A program made the translations under genes and the position numbers. This document shows, in pieces, positions 49,249-57,364 of a DNA stretch of 60,217 bases. Origin of the DNA: a virus (taxonomy: Duplodnaviria; Caudoviricetes). Below the pieces are notes generated by a model. The model worked only from the letters and a program-made list of their open reading frames with translations. It did no database searches and was not told where the DNA came from. Location of the stretch: the IMG/VR virus record IMGVR_UViG_3300043427_000906, positions 1-60,217 of that record; one strand, written 5' to 3'. Every line of letters begins with the position of its first letter. The first letter of the stretch is position 1.

Positions 49249-49635
49249 TTATTCGTATTTAATTGTACCGAAAGATAGATAACTACCGCCATACATATAC
49301 TTAATGGCGTTTAAAGTTAAGTTAACTTTCAAATAAAATTTCTTGATGTTATCATCTACAGCATAGATACTATCGTTAGCTTCTCTTACCCTACATTCTT
49401 TAATGTTATCTCGAAATGTGGATAGCTTGTTACGATATGAATCAAATCGCATGTCAAGATAGTTCTGCACCTCTTCACTTTTAAATCCGTGCATATCAGC
49501 TATGCCAACGAAGATCATACGTGCAATATCCTTTGCACCCTCTTGAGTCTCAAGAGTTTGCAATGGTTTCGCTGGACTCTTTTCCCATACGAATTGGCTA
49601 CGCATGGCTTTCTCTAATTGTGTTAGATTGTTCAT
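49249..49635 (-). CDS. Hypothetical protein, possibly HTH
   Basis: ARMIFVGIA...SEEVQNYL weakly resembles DnaA-C-like HTH. Confidence 0.5.
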   Translation of the reverse strand: MNNLTQLEKAMRSQFVWEKSPAKPLQTLETQEGAKDIARMIFVGIADMHGFKSEEVQNYLDMRFDSYRNKLSTFRDNIKECRVREANDSIYAVDDNIKKFYLKVNLTLNAIKYMYGGSYLSFGTIKYE

Positions 49636-49656
49636 ATTTGTTTTTTTATTGGTGAG

Positions 49657-49723
49657 TAGTCAGAGAAGGTCCTGCCCCTGCATCTCTTACATTAGTAAGC
49701 GCTTTACTTTAAGCTACCTGACT
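49657..49723 (-). ncRNA. tRNA-like cloverleaf lacking a canonical anticodon loop
   Basis: AGUCAGG/UCUGACU acceptor; UA; GCUU-AAAGUA-AAGC D arm; CUUAC-UAAU-GUAAG (4-nt loop); AGAU; GCAGG-GGCAGGA-CCUUC T-like arm; followed by ACUCACCA. Confidence 0.7.
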
Positions 49724-49748
49724 AAAAAAGACCAGCCGAAACTGGTCT
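49724..49748 (-). terminator. Intrinsic terminator abutting the tRNA-like element
   Basis: AGACCAG-TTTCGG-CTGGTCT-TTTTT. Confidence 0.7.
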
Positions 49749-49802
49749 ATTGCCGAGGTTAAACACGACCAAAACCCCTTTTAATAATGGTTAATTCGGC
49801 AA

Positions 49803-50798
49803 TTATGTTAAGCGCACATTGAATTGTTTGCGCCATGTAATCTTTCCATTAGGCATCTCCATAATCTGAGCGCCACCATTCTGTTCCATATACTGCTTCA
49901 GCTGGTTACCATAGAGAAGCTTATGCGATTCCCAGTGCTTGATAGTATCATTGATGCGTACATATTCTTCTGCCCACTGCGCTTGTTCTTGCCCGCCTTG
50001 TATGGTGATATCATTCTCTCTATCCTTATGCTTAATGGATATGAATGCGTTGAAGTCTTCTGAGTTATCAGCAGGTGGTTCGAACTGTGCGGCGATACCA
50101 TAGATCTCTTCCTTATCACTGGCGCCTGCTTCACGTATAGCCTCCCGAGCTGACTGCACACGCATCTGATGTTCAGTTGCTTTACGTAAGATAGCTTCTT
50201 GGATATCCGGATCAGCTTCGAATGTCTTCACTAACATATCCTGACCATCAACTTGCATGCATATCTCTGCGTACTTCAGCCCAGTAACTAGCATGTAATG
50301 ATTCATCTGAGCGATGTAGTTCGGGGGAACACCATCGATATAAGAATCAACAGTCATCTTACCCACATTCTTAATCTCCAATACCCCTTTCTTCTTACCG
50401 TACACTGGGTGCTGCGTAACCATCCCATCTAGGTTAGCGAATAGCATCGGGTATTCTGGATTCTCGATGATGGCCTTCACCTTCTTGAACTTGCGAACCT
50501 TTGCCTTGTGTATAATATTCTGAATAAACTTCTCTTCACCATCCCAATACTGCCACATCTCTGCAATAGTATCCTCTAGCATCTTACCGAATGCCATCTG
50601 CCTATTCATTTTAGTAGGCAATAAATCCATACCGATTGACTGGTAGAATAGATTGATAGGGGACTTCCATTTGTTCCATCCCAGTAATGTTCCGGCGTCT
50701 GATCCGCCGACCATACCCCGAGATGAAAACGACTGGCGTAATCTTTGCCAGTCGATCTCGGATAGGTTCTTCGTGCTTGTCTGTTTAAGCTTTGGCAT
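49803..50798 (-). CDS. YqaJ-like (lambda exonuclease-type) recombination nuclease
   Basis: W...R...VGGSDAG..LG.NKWKSP...ANLDG...LEIKN...Y.AQ..HYM.VTG. Confidence 0.9.
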   Translation of the reverse strand: MPKLKQTSTKNLSEIDWQRLRQSFSSRGMVGGSDAGTLLGWNKWKSPINLFYQSIGMDLLPTKMNRQMAFGKMLEDTIAEMWQYWDGEEKFIQNIIHKAKVRKFKKVKAIIENPEYPMLFANLDGMVTQHPVYGKKKGVLEIKNVGKMTVDSYIDGVPPNYIAQMNHYMLVTGLKYAEICMQVDGQDMLVKTFEADPDIQEAILRKATEHQMRVQSAREAIREAGASDKEEIYGIAAQFEPPADNSEDFNAFISIKHKDRENDITIQGGQEQAQWAEEYVRINDTIKHWESHKLLYGNQLKQYMEQNGGAQIMEMPNGKITWRKQFNVRLT

Positions 50799-51465
50799 CC
50801 TTGATTAGTTTGGTTAAGGTTGTCTTCTGTGCTAGGTTCAACTTATACTTTGGTAGTGCTGCTTCAACATCGGCAATCTTGCCTTCGCTAATAGCCTTTA
50901 CCATTGCATCAAATTGCTTTGGTGACAACACCGTTAGTTCGGGGGATTCAGGAACCTCAGGCTTGGGACTTTCCTGAGGCGCCTTAGCTGGTTGCTTCCC
51001 CTTCGTGTTTATGTGTTTGGTTACATCCCATATGCGCTCTCCTCTGTCATCTACTGGGTTGCCATACTGGTCGCACTTTAATGTGACCATGTCTAAGTCA
51101 TAGAGAAATCTCCCGATCCCCCACTGAACGGCCGCCCTCTTGAATGCATCGGAGGCTGCAGACTTTCCAGCCTGCTCATACATTTGGTCCTTCTCATCAT
51201 TCTCTACCCTAGCACCGCAGTCCCATCTCCAGACCACAATACCAGTGCCGGTTGTTATTCCTATCCCTGCAAAAATGAAGCCACCTATCTCTTTAAAGTC
51301 TGATTGCCAGCCAAATAGACAGTGTGTGTCAAGAACATCCATCACCTGACGTGCATCGATATAGGCAGAACAAAAGGCCTTTGTCTTATCCTTGTTACGA
51401 CTCTGTACCCTCCATTGATAGGGGATCGGTTGCTTCAGTTGAGCAACTAAAATTTTGATATCCAT
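50785..51465 (-). CDS. Rad52/Sak-family single-strand annealing protein
   Basis: QWRVQS...AYIDARQVMD.LD...K.AASDAFKRAAVQWGIGRFLY. Confidence 0.9.
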   Translation of the reverse strand: MDIKILVAQLKQPIPYQWRVQSRNKDKTKAFCSAYIDARQVMDVLDTHCLFGWQSDFKEIGGFIFAGIGITTGTGIVVWRWDCGARVENDEKDQMYEQAGKSAASDAFKRAAVQWGIGRFLYDLDMVTLKCDQYGNPVDDRGERIWDVTKHINTKGKQPAKAPQESPKPEVPESPELTVLSPKQFDAMVKAISEGKIADVEAALPKYKLNLAQKTTLTKLIKDAKA

Positions 51466-51476
51466 AAAAAATAATT

Positions 51477-51701
51477 TTAAAGTGTGGCTAAATAGTCATT
51501 GAAGAAACCGTACTCATTAGCAAGGAAGTAGATAGTCTGCCAGTCATAATAGAACTTGGTGTCCTTACCAATATTAATAGCCTTAACGAAATGACCGACT
51601 ACCAATGATTCGTGGTTATGCATGAGCCATTTTCTATATGGCTTGAGTGCATACTCCTTGCCATCGATAATTAGGATGTCCTTTGAGTAGTCGTATTTCA
51701 T
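51477..51701 (-). CDS. Hypothetical protein
   Basis: ORF track. Confidence 0.5.
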   Translation of the reverse strand: MKYDYSKDILIIDGKEYALKPYRKWLMHNHESLVVGHFVKAINIGKDTKFYYDWQTIYFLANEYGFFNDYLATL

Positions 51702-51746
51702 ACATACTAAGTTACGAACTACCTGATATGTATAATTTTAAGTTAT

Positions 51747-52007
51747 TCACAAGTTATCTTCATCTGCAAATCCGTTTAGTCTGGCGTACTCTTGGTATAC
51801 TGGGCCGGAGGTAGTGCTACCCACCGTTGTTTTATCTAAGTCAAATTTAACCCAGTCACCATCACTAAGGGGCCATTTAGAATCCTTAATGGGAACCCAA
51901 CTCGTGCGGTTCATAATCATATCCTCGCGATAGATAATATGTTTCTGATACTTTACCCACCAACGGTTCTCTAATCTGTAAGTTTGTCCGATCATAATGA
52001 TAATCAA
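51747..52007 (-). CDS. Hypothetical protein
   Basis: ORF track. Confidence 0.5.
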   Translation of the reverse strand: MIIIMIGQTYRLENRWWVKYQKHIIYREDMIMNRTSWVPIKDSKWPLSDGDWVKFDLDKTTVGSTTSGPVYQEYARLNGFADEDNL

Positions 52008-52089
52008 TTAATTGTGAATAAAAACTGCATGAAATGTTACGCAAACTTCATGCAAATGTTTTACAAAATATATGCGTTTACGGAAACGT

Positions 52090-52120
52090 AAAAAGGCCCC
52101 AAGTGTAGAAACACAGGGCC
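52090..52120 (-). terminator. Intrinsic terminator after recombinase
   Basis: GGCCCT-GTGTTTCTACAC-TT-GGGGCC-TTTTT on the minus strand. Confidence 0.7.
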
Positions 52121-52139
52121 GGTACCTATGAAAAACCAA

Positions 52140-53147
52140 CTATTTATTTAAGAACGTCTCGTAATAATTATTTATTTCGCTCTTGTGTACACTATCCACC
52201 CATCCCTGATACCTCTTGATGGCATCTGACTTGTGGCCGGATGCAAACCTTACATGGTCTAGTGATACACCACCAGCCAGCATCGTTGTGATAGCGGTCT
52301 TGCGTAGCATGTGTGGGTGTACAATATCGCAGAACTTCTTTGACTGGAGCGATTTATCACCGGTGTGGTCGGCCTTCTTGTATGTAGTCTCCTCGTGCAT
52401 CTCATGGTAGGTAGCAAAGAACGGCTTTAGGTTTTTGTTGATGAATGTATCCTTACATCCGAAGCGAATGGGTGTATACACTGAACCGTATTTCTCTATA
52501 TTATAAAGATATCTTTTGTAAAGAGATTCCGGCAGTGGCAGTGTGGTCATCGCCCCAGTCTTCTGATTCTCCTTCATAAGATATACCGAGCCGTTCATCA
52601 CAACATCTGACTTGCTTAGATTTATAGCATCTCCAACACGAAGGGATGTGACTAGCATCGTTGCGCTCAGTTCCCAAAGATACTTATGTTCGGGGGACAT
52701 AGAATTATAGCGGTTAGCAGTGTCGTTAATAAAGTCCTTAACGAACTGGATGGGTAGTGTAACGATTGGTACGTCAACTCCAATAGCACGTCTTACTTTC
52801 GGTAGGGTAAGAAAGTACTGCTCAGCCCAGTAGTCTGTCACTATTTTTAGAATATTAGTGACATCACGTCTTGTGTTAGCTGAGAATTTCTGACGAGTCA
52901 TCCAGTCAATGAAGAGGTCAATGTGTCTATTGAACTTATCTGCAACGGCGCGTTTATCCTCTAGTGATAGGTTGGTTAGGTTAAACTCTTCTAGGTCGAT
53001 ACCAATCTTTGCGTATCGTTGGTATGTCTTGAATGCGAAATTGTATGACTTGATGGACATAGGTTTATAGTTCGTGCCGGATCGTGTGCGTAGTTCCCCA
53101 GTCCTCATCATCGTTACATACTTCTCTAGTAATGGTGTTAGCTTCAT
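52140..53147 (-). CDS. int: Tyrosine recombinase/integrase
   Basis: SLRVGD (R), QKTG (K), HPHMLRKT (HxxR), SGH, KRY catalytic set. Confidence 0.88.
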   Translation of the reverse strand: MKLTPLLEKYVTMMRTGELRTRSGTNYKPMSIKSYNFAFKTYQRYAKIGIDLEEFNLTNLSLEDKRAVADKFNRHIDLFIDWMTRQKFSANTRRDVTNILKIVTDYWAEQYFLTLPKVRRAIGVDVPIVTLPIQFVKDFINDTANRYNSMSPEHKYLWELSATMLVTSLRVGDAINLSKSDVVMNGSVYLMKENQKTGAMTTLPLPESLYKRYLYNIEKYGSVYTPIRFGCKDTFINKNLKPFFATYHEMHEETTYKKADHTGDKSLQSKKFCDIVHPHMLRKTAITTMLAGGVSLDHVRFASGHKSDAIKRYQGWVDSVHKSEINNYYETFLNK

Positions 53148-53470
53148 GCGATTTGTCTTATATATTCTAGTATTACATTTAGTGATTCATCAGCGGGAGA
53201 CTTATATCTCTCTAGTTCATCGTGGACTTTTGCGTATGCTTGGTCTGACTGATATCTAGCATGATGAAGGGAACGGCAGTACACAATCACAGTATGGTCT
53301 ACACCCATCTGCTTACCTATTTCGGTTAGTGTGTAGCCTAGATTTACGCTGAGGATTTTACCTATGGCGTGACGTATTCTAACTGCTGCTGCTTTTCGGG
53401 ATCGGTCTTTTCTGACATCGATTCCGTACTTGTTTTTGGCGAATTCACAAAGGTCGTGGTACTCTTGCAT
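53144..53470 (-). CDS. DnaA C-terminal-like HTH protein
   Basis: RSRKAAAVRIR...YTLTEIGKQMGVDHTVIVY. Confidence 0.7.
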   Translation of the reverse strand: MQEYHDLCEFAKNKYGIDVRKDRSRKAAAVRIRHAIGKILSVNLGYTLTEIGKQMGVDHTVIVYCRSLHHARYQSDQAYAKVHDELERYKSPADESLNVILEYIRQIA

Positions 53471-53622
53471 TGTTCGTATTTTTTAATTAATTCAATAACT
53501 GCATCTGCTAATTCCTCGTTGATGGTGCGTAGCTTATTCACAACCAGTGCGTTTCTTTCTATCTTGTCTAGTTCTTGGTTGATAGCGAAGAACACCTTCT
53601 TTGCTGATTCTAATCGTCCCAT
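53362..53622 (-). CDS. Hypothetical protein
   Basis: ORF track; long overlap with the next gene. Confidence 0.45.
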   Translation of the reverse strand: MGRLESAKKVFFAINQELDKIERNALVVNKLRTINEELADAVIELIKKYEQCKSTTTFVNSPKTSTESMSEKTDPEKQQQLEYVTP

Positions 53623-53764
53623 ATTGTTTGTTTAACTGGTTAAAAATATTGGCGGATATCTCGTTGTAAGAAAGCCTCTCATCAGGGTACGTGCTTCTGA
53701 ACGTTGGCTTATACATAACTGATGGCTTATCAGCGAAGAATAATCTTTTAATCATCTGAAACAT
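53534..53764 (-). CDS. Hypothetical protein
   Basis: ORF track. Confidence 0.45.
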   Translation of the reverse strand: MFQMIKRLFFADKPSVMYKPTFRSTYPDERLSYNEISANIFNQLNKQYGTIRISKEGVLRYQPRTRQDRKKRTGCE

Positions 53765-53958
53765 ATGCGTTTTTTTAGTTTATTAGATGAACAAATTGTC
53801 TTATCTCTTACGTAGTCAGTAACCCTAGACGCCGGTAGTCCAGCAAATTTGCCAGCCGCCGACCTAGATGGGAATACTCCCAGTAATAACTTTTTGTCTA
53901 CATCAAATACCTTTGTCTTGATTCCTTCTACGTGCAGTCCTATTTTTTCTATCCTCAT
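53752..53958 (-). CDS. NUMOD1-like DNA-binding protein
   Basis: KVFD...LLGVFPSRSAAGKFAGL. Confidence 0.55.
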   Translation of the reverse strand: MRIEKIGLHVEGIKTKVFDVDKKLLLGVFPSRSAAGKFAGLPASRVTDYVRDKTICSSNKLKKRICFR

Positions 53959-54155
53959 TTTACTTTTTTAGTTATGATGATACCATTGGGTGTTCTCTCT
54001 ACTAGATACCCATTCTTCTCCATCTCTTTTAGTTGTTCATCGAGTGGGGTGATAGGGCCGTCAGTTTTAGAGAAACCTACTGAGTCATGCAGTGGGCCAG
54101 TCAAAGTTTTCTTTACCTTGATACTTGATTTCTTGTTGAATGCGTTGTCGTTCAT
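53955..54155 (-). CDS. Hypothetical early protein
   Basis: ORF track; ATGA coupling. Confidence 0.55.
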   Translation of the reverse strand: MNDNAFNKKSSIKVKKTLTGPLHDSVGFSKTDGPITPLDEQLKEMEKNGYLVERTPNGIIITKKVK

Positions 54156-54346
54156 AGTTTGTTTTTAAATTTAATAATATCTTCTTTTAAAAATTCTAGG
54201 TAGGATAACATATCGTGTAGTTCGTGGTTCTTAATCTCGTCAAGTATTTTCTTTTCTTGATTAAGACCTGCTTCGTAGATACGATGGTCATCACTCATTA
54301 CAAAGTACCTATCGTAATCGATAAGTAGGTTAATTAGTTTCTTCAT
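54152..54346 (-). CDS. Hypothetical early protein
   Basis: ORF track; D.Y..MSDDHR.Y..G motif. Confidence 0.6.
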   Translation of the reverse strand: MKKLINLLIDYDRYFVMSDDHRIYEAGLNQEKKILDEIKNHELHDMLSYLEFLKEDIIKFKNKL

Positions 54347-54534
54347 AGTTCGGGTAGTTCTTGTAGTTGATTACATTCAATATCGCCGTCATCAAAATAG
54401 ATTACTTCGTAGTAGCCATCGTACTCGTAGTAGTCGGCGGTTCCTGACTTTGGTTCGGTTACTGGGAGTGTGCCTAGATTATTTCCGTAGGCATCTAACT
54501 CCTCAATCATTCTGAGGTTCACTGGTGTCTTCAT
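54343..54534 (-). CDS. Hypothetical acidic early protein
   Basis: ORF track; ATGA coupling. Confidence 0.55.
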   Translation of the reverse strand: MKTPVNLRMIEELDAYGNNLGTLPVTEPKSGTADYYEYDGYYEVIYFDDGDIECNQLQELPEL

Positions 54535-54535
54535 A

Positions 54536-54694
54536 TTAGTTTAGTTTTAAATAACGTCTCCATCCAACTTGTTTCTCATCTTGTTTTACCAACTCTTCCC
54601 ATAACTGGCGCAACTCTTTGCGCTTGACTTTATCCTTGCAGATTTTATACTCATTCCATATCTGCTCTAGTTGTTCGTCAAGTGTTTTAGGCAT
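54536..54694 (-). CDS. Hypothetical early protein, 52 aa (MPKTLDEQLEQIW...)
   Basis: Translated by hand; fills the gap exactly. Confidence 0.55.
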   Translation of the reverse strand: MPKTLDEQLEQIWNEYKICKDKVKRKELRQLWEELVKQDEKQVGWRRYLKLN

Positions 54695-54698
54695 AGAT

Positions 54699-54932
54699 TT
54701 ATTTTAAGAATACGTATGTCATCCAACTATCTGATAGGTTATCTAACTCTTGGTTGTTAACTGCATCCATATAGTCGGAGATGTCTATTGTAAGAATGCC
54801 CTCTAGGTCTGCGCCAAGATTGAAGAGTGTCTCTTTAATCTCAGATACTTTAGTGAATGTGCATCCTTCTAGATTCTCTAACTTGCACCTATCGATTGTA
54901 TCGACATCGGCGATGATGATAACTGGCTTCAT
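54699..54932 (-). CDS. Hypothetical early protein
   Basis: ORF track. Confidence 0.6.
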   Translation of the reverse strand: MKPVIIIADVDTIDRCKLENLEGCTFTKVSEIKETLFNLGADLEGILTIDISDYMDAVNNQELDNLSDSWMTYVFLK

Positions 54933-55174
54933 AGTGTTTAGTTTTTGTAGGTGAATTATTCCCCATCCCAGTGTGATTGTATTACTTCATACTCTCTATT
55001 CTCATTAAGAATATATCCGTGTACATCCGATTCGGTTTCTTTAAACCTTTCAAATGCATACTGATACTGGCTTTCCGTTTTATAATAGTGCCAATCTTCG
55101 TTATGACCATCTGATATTGAGATGGCATACTTTTCAAGGAGTCCATTCATAGTGTTTAATTTTTATAGGTGAAT
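54928..55174. repeat. 29-bp direct repeats flanking ORF 54956-55150
   Basis: ttcatagtgtttaRtttttRtaggtgaat at 54928-54956 and 55146-55174 (2 mismatches). Confidence 0.85.
54956..55150 (-). CDS. Hypothetical early protein
   Basis: ORF track. Confidence 0.6.
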   Translation of the reverse strand: MNGLLEKYAISISDGHNEDWHYYKTESQYQYAFERFKETESDVHGYILNENREYEVIQSHWDGE

Positions 55175-55284
55175 GTATTGCCATGCATATCTGCCAAGAA
55201 CCATATAGTTCGCTTGTAATCCACATACCCTAAGAATAGAAAGGGTTTGTTGTTGATGTAAATAGTTTGTCCGGACTTCATATG

Positions 55285-55569
55285 TTAAGATTTAAAATAC
55301 ATTTCATCTCTCCAAGTAGGATGAGCCGGAACATACTTACCATCTTTATTCCAAAAACCTAACTCCAATATATCAAAATGGATAGGCTTTACAAATGGTT
55401 CTTCATCAGTATGCTTCTCGTACCAGTTACACCATTCTTCTAAATCAAATCTTTCTGCATCCAATAGATAGCATCTTTCTTTGCCATCATTTTCTAAAAG
55501 GTCTTTCTCGATTACTATACCATTATCATCGGTGGTGATAGTGCCCCAACTTGATTCGATAGTTATCAT
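55285..55569 (-). CDS. Hypothetical early protein (start MITIESSWG)
   Basis: ORF track; start moved 3' of the structured element. Confidence 0.6.
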   Translation of the reverse strand: MITIESSWGTITTDDNGIVIEKDLLENDGKERCYLLDAERFDLEEWCNWYEKHTDEEPFVKPIHFDILELGFWNKDGKYVPAHPTWRDEMYFKS

Positions 55570-55588
55570 AGTTTTAAATTTTGATGAG

Positions 55589-55629
55589 GAACTGGTTGCC
55601 ATCGAAGGCCACGGCATATCCGCCAGTTC
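55589..55629 (-). ncRNA. Mini-tRNA-like junction element E1
   Basis: GAACUGG...GCC-UUCGAU-GGC..CCAGUUC, preceded by stop UAA-UCCCUC. Confidence 0.6.
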
Positions 55630-55635
55630 GAGGGA

Positions 55636-55950
55636 TTAATATTGAGGGAAGTCAATACCGTACTTGCTTGTGAAATTTATCTGCTCTTCCCTGCTGATGT
55701 AAATATGGATTGGATAGTCCATCATGCCCTTCAATTGGTTCATGTCAAAAATTGTATAGTGTGATTCATCATCCAACTTTAGTCCCATATTTTCTACGCT
55801 TGATAGGTAGAACTGGAGTGCCTTCTTGATAATATCTTTTTGGCCTTGTGGAATTTCAATTCGATTGTTGGATATTTCATTGAACTTAAATTCGAATTCC
55901 CAATCAATTTGATTTGCATCGATTCCTTTGTACGTGATTTTGTAACTCAT
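55636..55950 (-). CDS. Hypothetical early protein (start MSYKITY)
   Basis: ORF track; start adjusted. Confidence 0.6.
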   Translation of the reverse strand: MSYKITYKGIDANQIDWEFEFKFNEISNNRIEIPQGQKDIIKKALQFYLSSVENMGLKLDDESHYTIFDMNQLKGMMDYPIHIYISREEQINFTSKYGIDFPQY

Positions 55951-55971
55951 TTGTTTTAGGGTTTTGGTGAG

Positions 55972-56018
55972 GAACTGCATCGGTCACGAGCCGATAGTCA
56001 AGCGGTCTTGAGCAGTTC
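55972..56018 (-). ncRNA. Mini-tRNA-like junction element E2
   Basis: GAACUGC-UCAAG(ACCG)CUUGA-CU-AUCGG(CUCGUGA)CCGAU-GCAGUUC then CUCACCAAAAC. Confidence 0.75.
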
Positions 56019-56024
56019 GGGGGA

Positions 56025-56213
56025 TTATATACATAGCCTAATCTCAGAGATTTCAGTACCATCAACTAGCCTTAGACCAATGACTTCATCTACCGAAAAT
56101 TCATATAGGTCTTCAGTCCTATAACCTTCGTGTATCTCAACAACGACTGCATCTTCATCCCTAAAATCTGCTATGGCTTTTTTTAGTTCGCCAATGGTTG
56201 TTATCTTGCTCAT
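56025..56213 (-). CDS. Hypothetical early protein
   Basis: ORF track. Confidence 0.6.
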   Translation of the reverse strand: MSKITTIGELKKAIADFRDEDAVVVEIHEGYRTEDLYEFSVDEVIGLRLVDGTEISEIRLCI

Positions 56214-56233
56214 ATGTTTTTAATTTTATTTAA

Positions 56234-56473
56234 TTAATCTACCCAGTCGGGTAAGCAAAGTTTTCTTTCTACTAATTCTGCACGTATCTTACTCTCATTC
56301 GCCATTAAGAAACTTTCCATACATTCATACTCACCCCTATCGGGATTGTTGTAGGAGGAATTTTCATACTTGGAATAGAGTAACAATAGGTCTTCATAGA
56401 GTAGGTCATACTCATACTGGATACCCACATACGCATTGTATAACTGGGTGAAGAGGAAGAAGGAGTAGTTCAT
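56234..56473 (-). CDS. Hypothetical early protein
   Basis: ORF track. Confidence 0.6.
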   Translation of the reverse strand: MNYSFFLFTQLYNAYVGIQYEYDLLYEDLLLLYSKYENSSYNNPDRGEYECMESFLMANESKIRAELVERKLCLPDWVD

Positions 56474-56490
56474 AGTGTTTTATTTAAAGG

Positions 56491-56877
56491 TTAATAATCA
56501 TCGTACCATATCTCTTGCCATTCAGAACGTGGACGTATACTCTGACCGGCGGCATTGTAACATTTCCCACAATAACAGTAGCATAGACCTTCACTATCCA
56601 TATCCATCTCAAACCTCTTACCACATTCGCATTCAGCTATAGCCGGAGTAAACCTACTAAACTCTCTTTCTTGTACATATGGTGGTCTAATCGCGCCGAC
56701 CATACCATCAATGCATTGCTGATAGTTGTGCTTGGCATACTCATTTAAGCTATCAACATCAACGTGTCCATACTGGTCACAAGGGAAGGAGAAACCGCCA
56801 TTACTGGAGGTGTCATAGTTCAGCGAATGTTCCACGAAAAATTCTCTTTCGGAATGTTTGATGATTTTTGCGCTCAT
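56491..56877 (-). CDS. Cys-rich early protein
   Basis: GFSFPCD...ECECG...CYCGKCYN..GQ. Confidence 0.65.
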   Translation of the reverse strand: MSAKIIKHSEREFFVEHSLNYDTSSNGGFSFPCDQYGHVDVDSLNEYAKHNYQQCIDGMVGAIRPPYVQEREFSRFTPAIAECECGKRFEMDMDSEGLCYCYCGKCYNAAGQSIRPRSEWQEIWYDDY

Positions 56878-56956
56878 AAAAATAGATTTGGTTAAGAATT
56901 TTCTATCTCTTCCGCGAGGCGGATTAACTCATCGATTGCTTCTTGTATCTCATCCA

Positions 56957-57223
56957 TTACCACTCATTTTCGGTGAAGAATTTAATTGAATTTTGGATGC
57001 TACCAGTTGTGCCTTTCTTAATCTCATCACGACTGGGGATGTAGTTACCATAGTAGTCGCGGTGGGATTCTTTTGGTAGGAAACACGCGCCAGTCTTCAG
57101 CATATCCATAGCCGATCGACCAATCGCACCTTCCATCTTCCAAGCAGTACCAGTTTCGATGAGGAACTGCATCTCCGCGTAGCCTTGCTCACGTTGATGC
57201 TTTCTAATTGTTTGGATGTTCAT
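56957..57223 (-). CDS. Hypothetical early protein
   Basis: ORF track; AWKMEG..GR.AM...RDYYGN.IPSR. Confidence 0.65.
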   Translation of the reverse strand: MNIQTIRKHQREQGYAEMQFLIETGTAWKMEGAIGRSAMDMLKTGACFLPKESHRDYYGNYIPSRDEIKKGTTGSIQNSIKFFTENEW

Positions 57224-57242
57224 AGGTTTGAAATTTAGTTAG

Positions 57243-57285
57243 GAACTGCCGGAGGAATCGAACCTCCGTAAGACCATCGCAGTTC
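57243..57285 (-). ncRNA. Mini-tRNA-like junction element E3
   Basis: GAACUGC-GAUGGUCUUA-CGGAGG(UUCGAUU)CCUCCG-GCAGUUC; canonical T-loop. Confidence 0.8.
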
Positions 57286-57289
57286 TTTT

Positions 57290-57358
57290 GCCGAGCCGAT
57301 AGTGAACACATCTATGTCCTCCTATCCCCACACTATATGTGGTGGCTCTCGGCGGTTC
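57290..57358 (-). ncRNA. Additional branched structure 5' of E3
   Basis: GCCGAG/CUCGGC closing stem, CCACA-UAUAG-UGUGG hairpin, GAUAG/CUAUC; shares GAGCCACCAC..GUGGGRAURGG with 683-707. Confidence 0.55.
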
Positions 57359-57364
57359 GGGGGA

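Noticed and set aside
49657-49723. Functional decoding or suppressor tRNA and alternative genetic code
   Set aside because: The anticodon loop is 4 nt, and long genes are intact under the standard code, with TAG and TGA used as ordinary stops.
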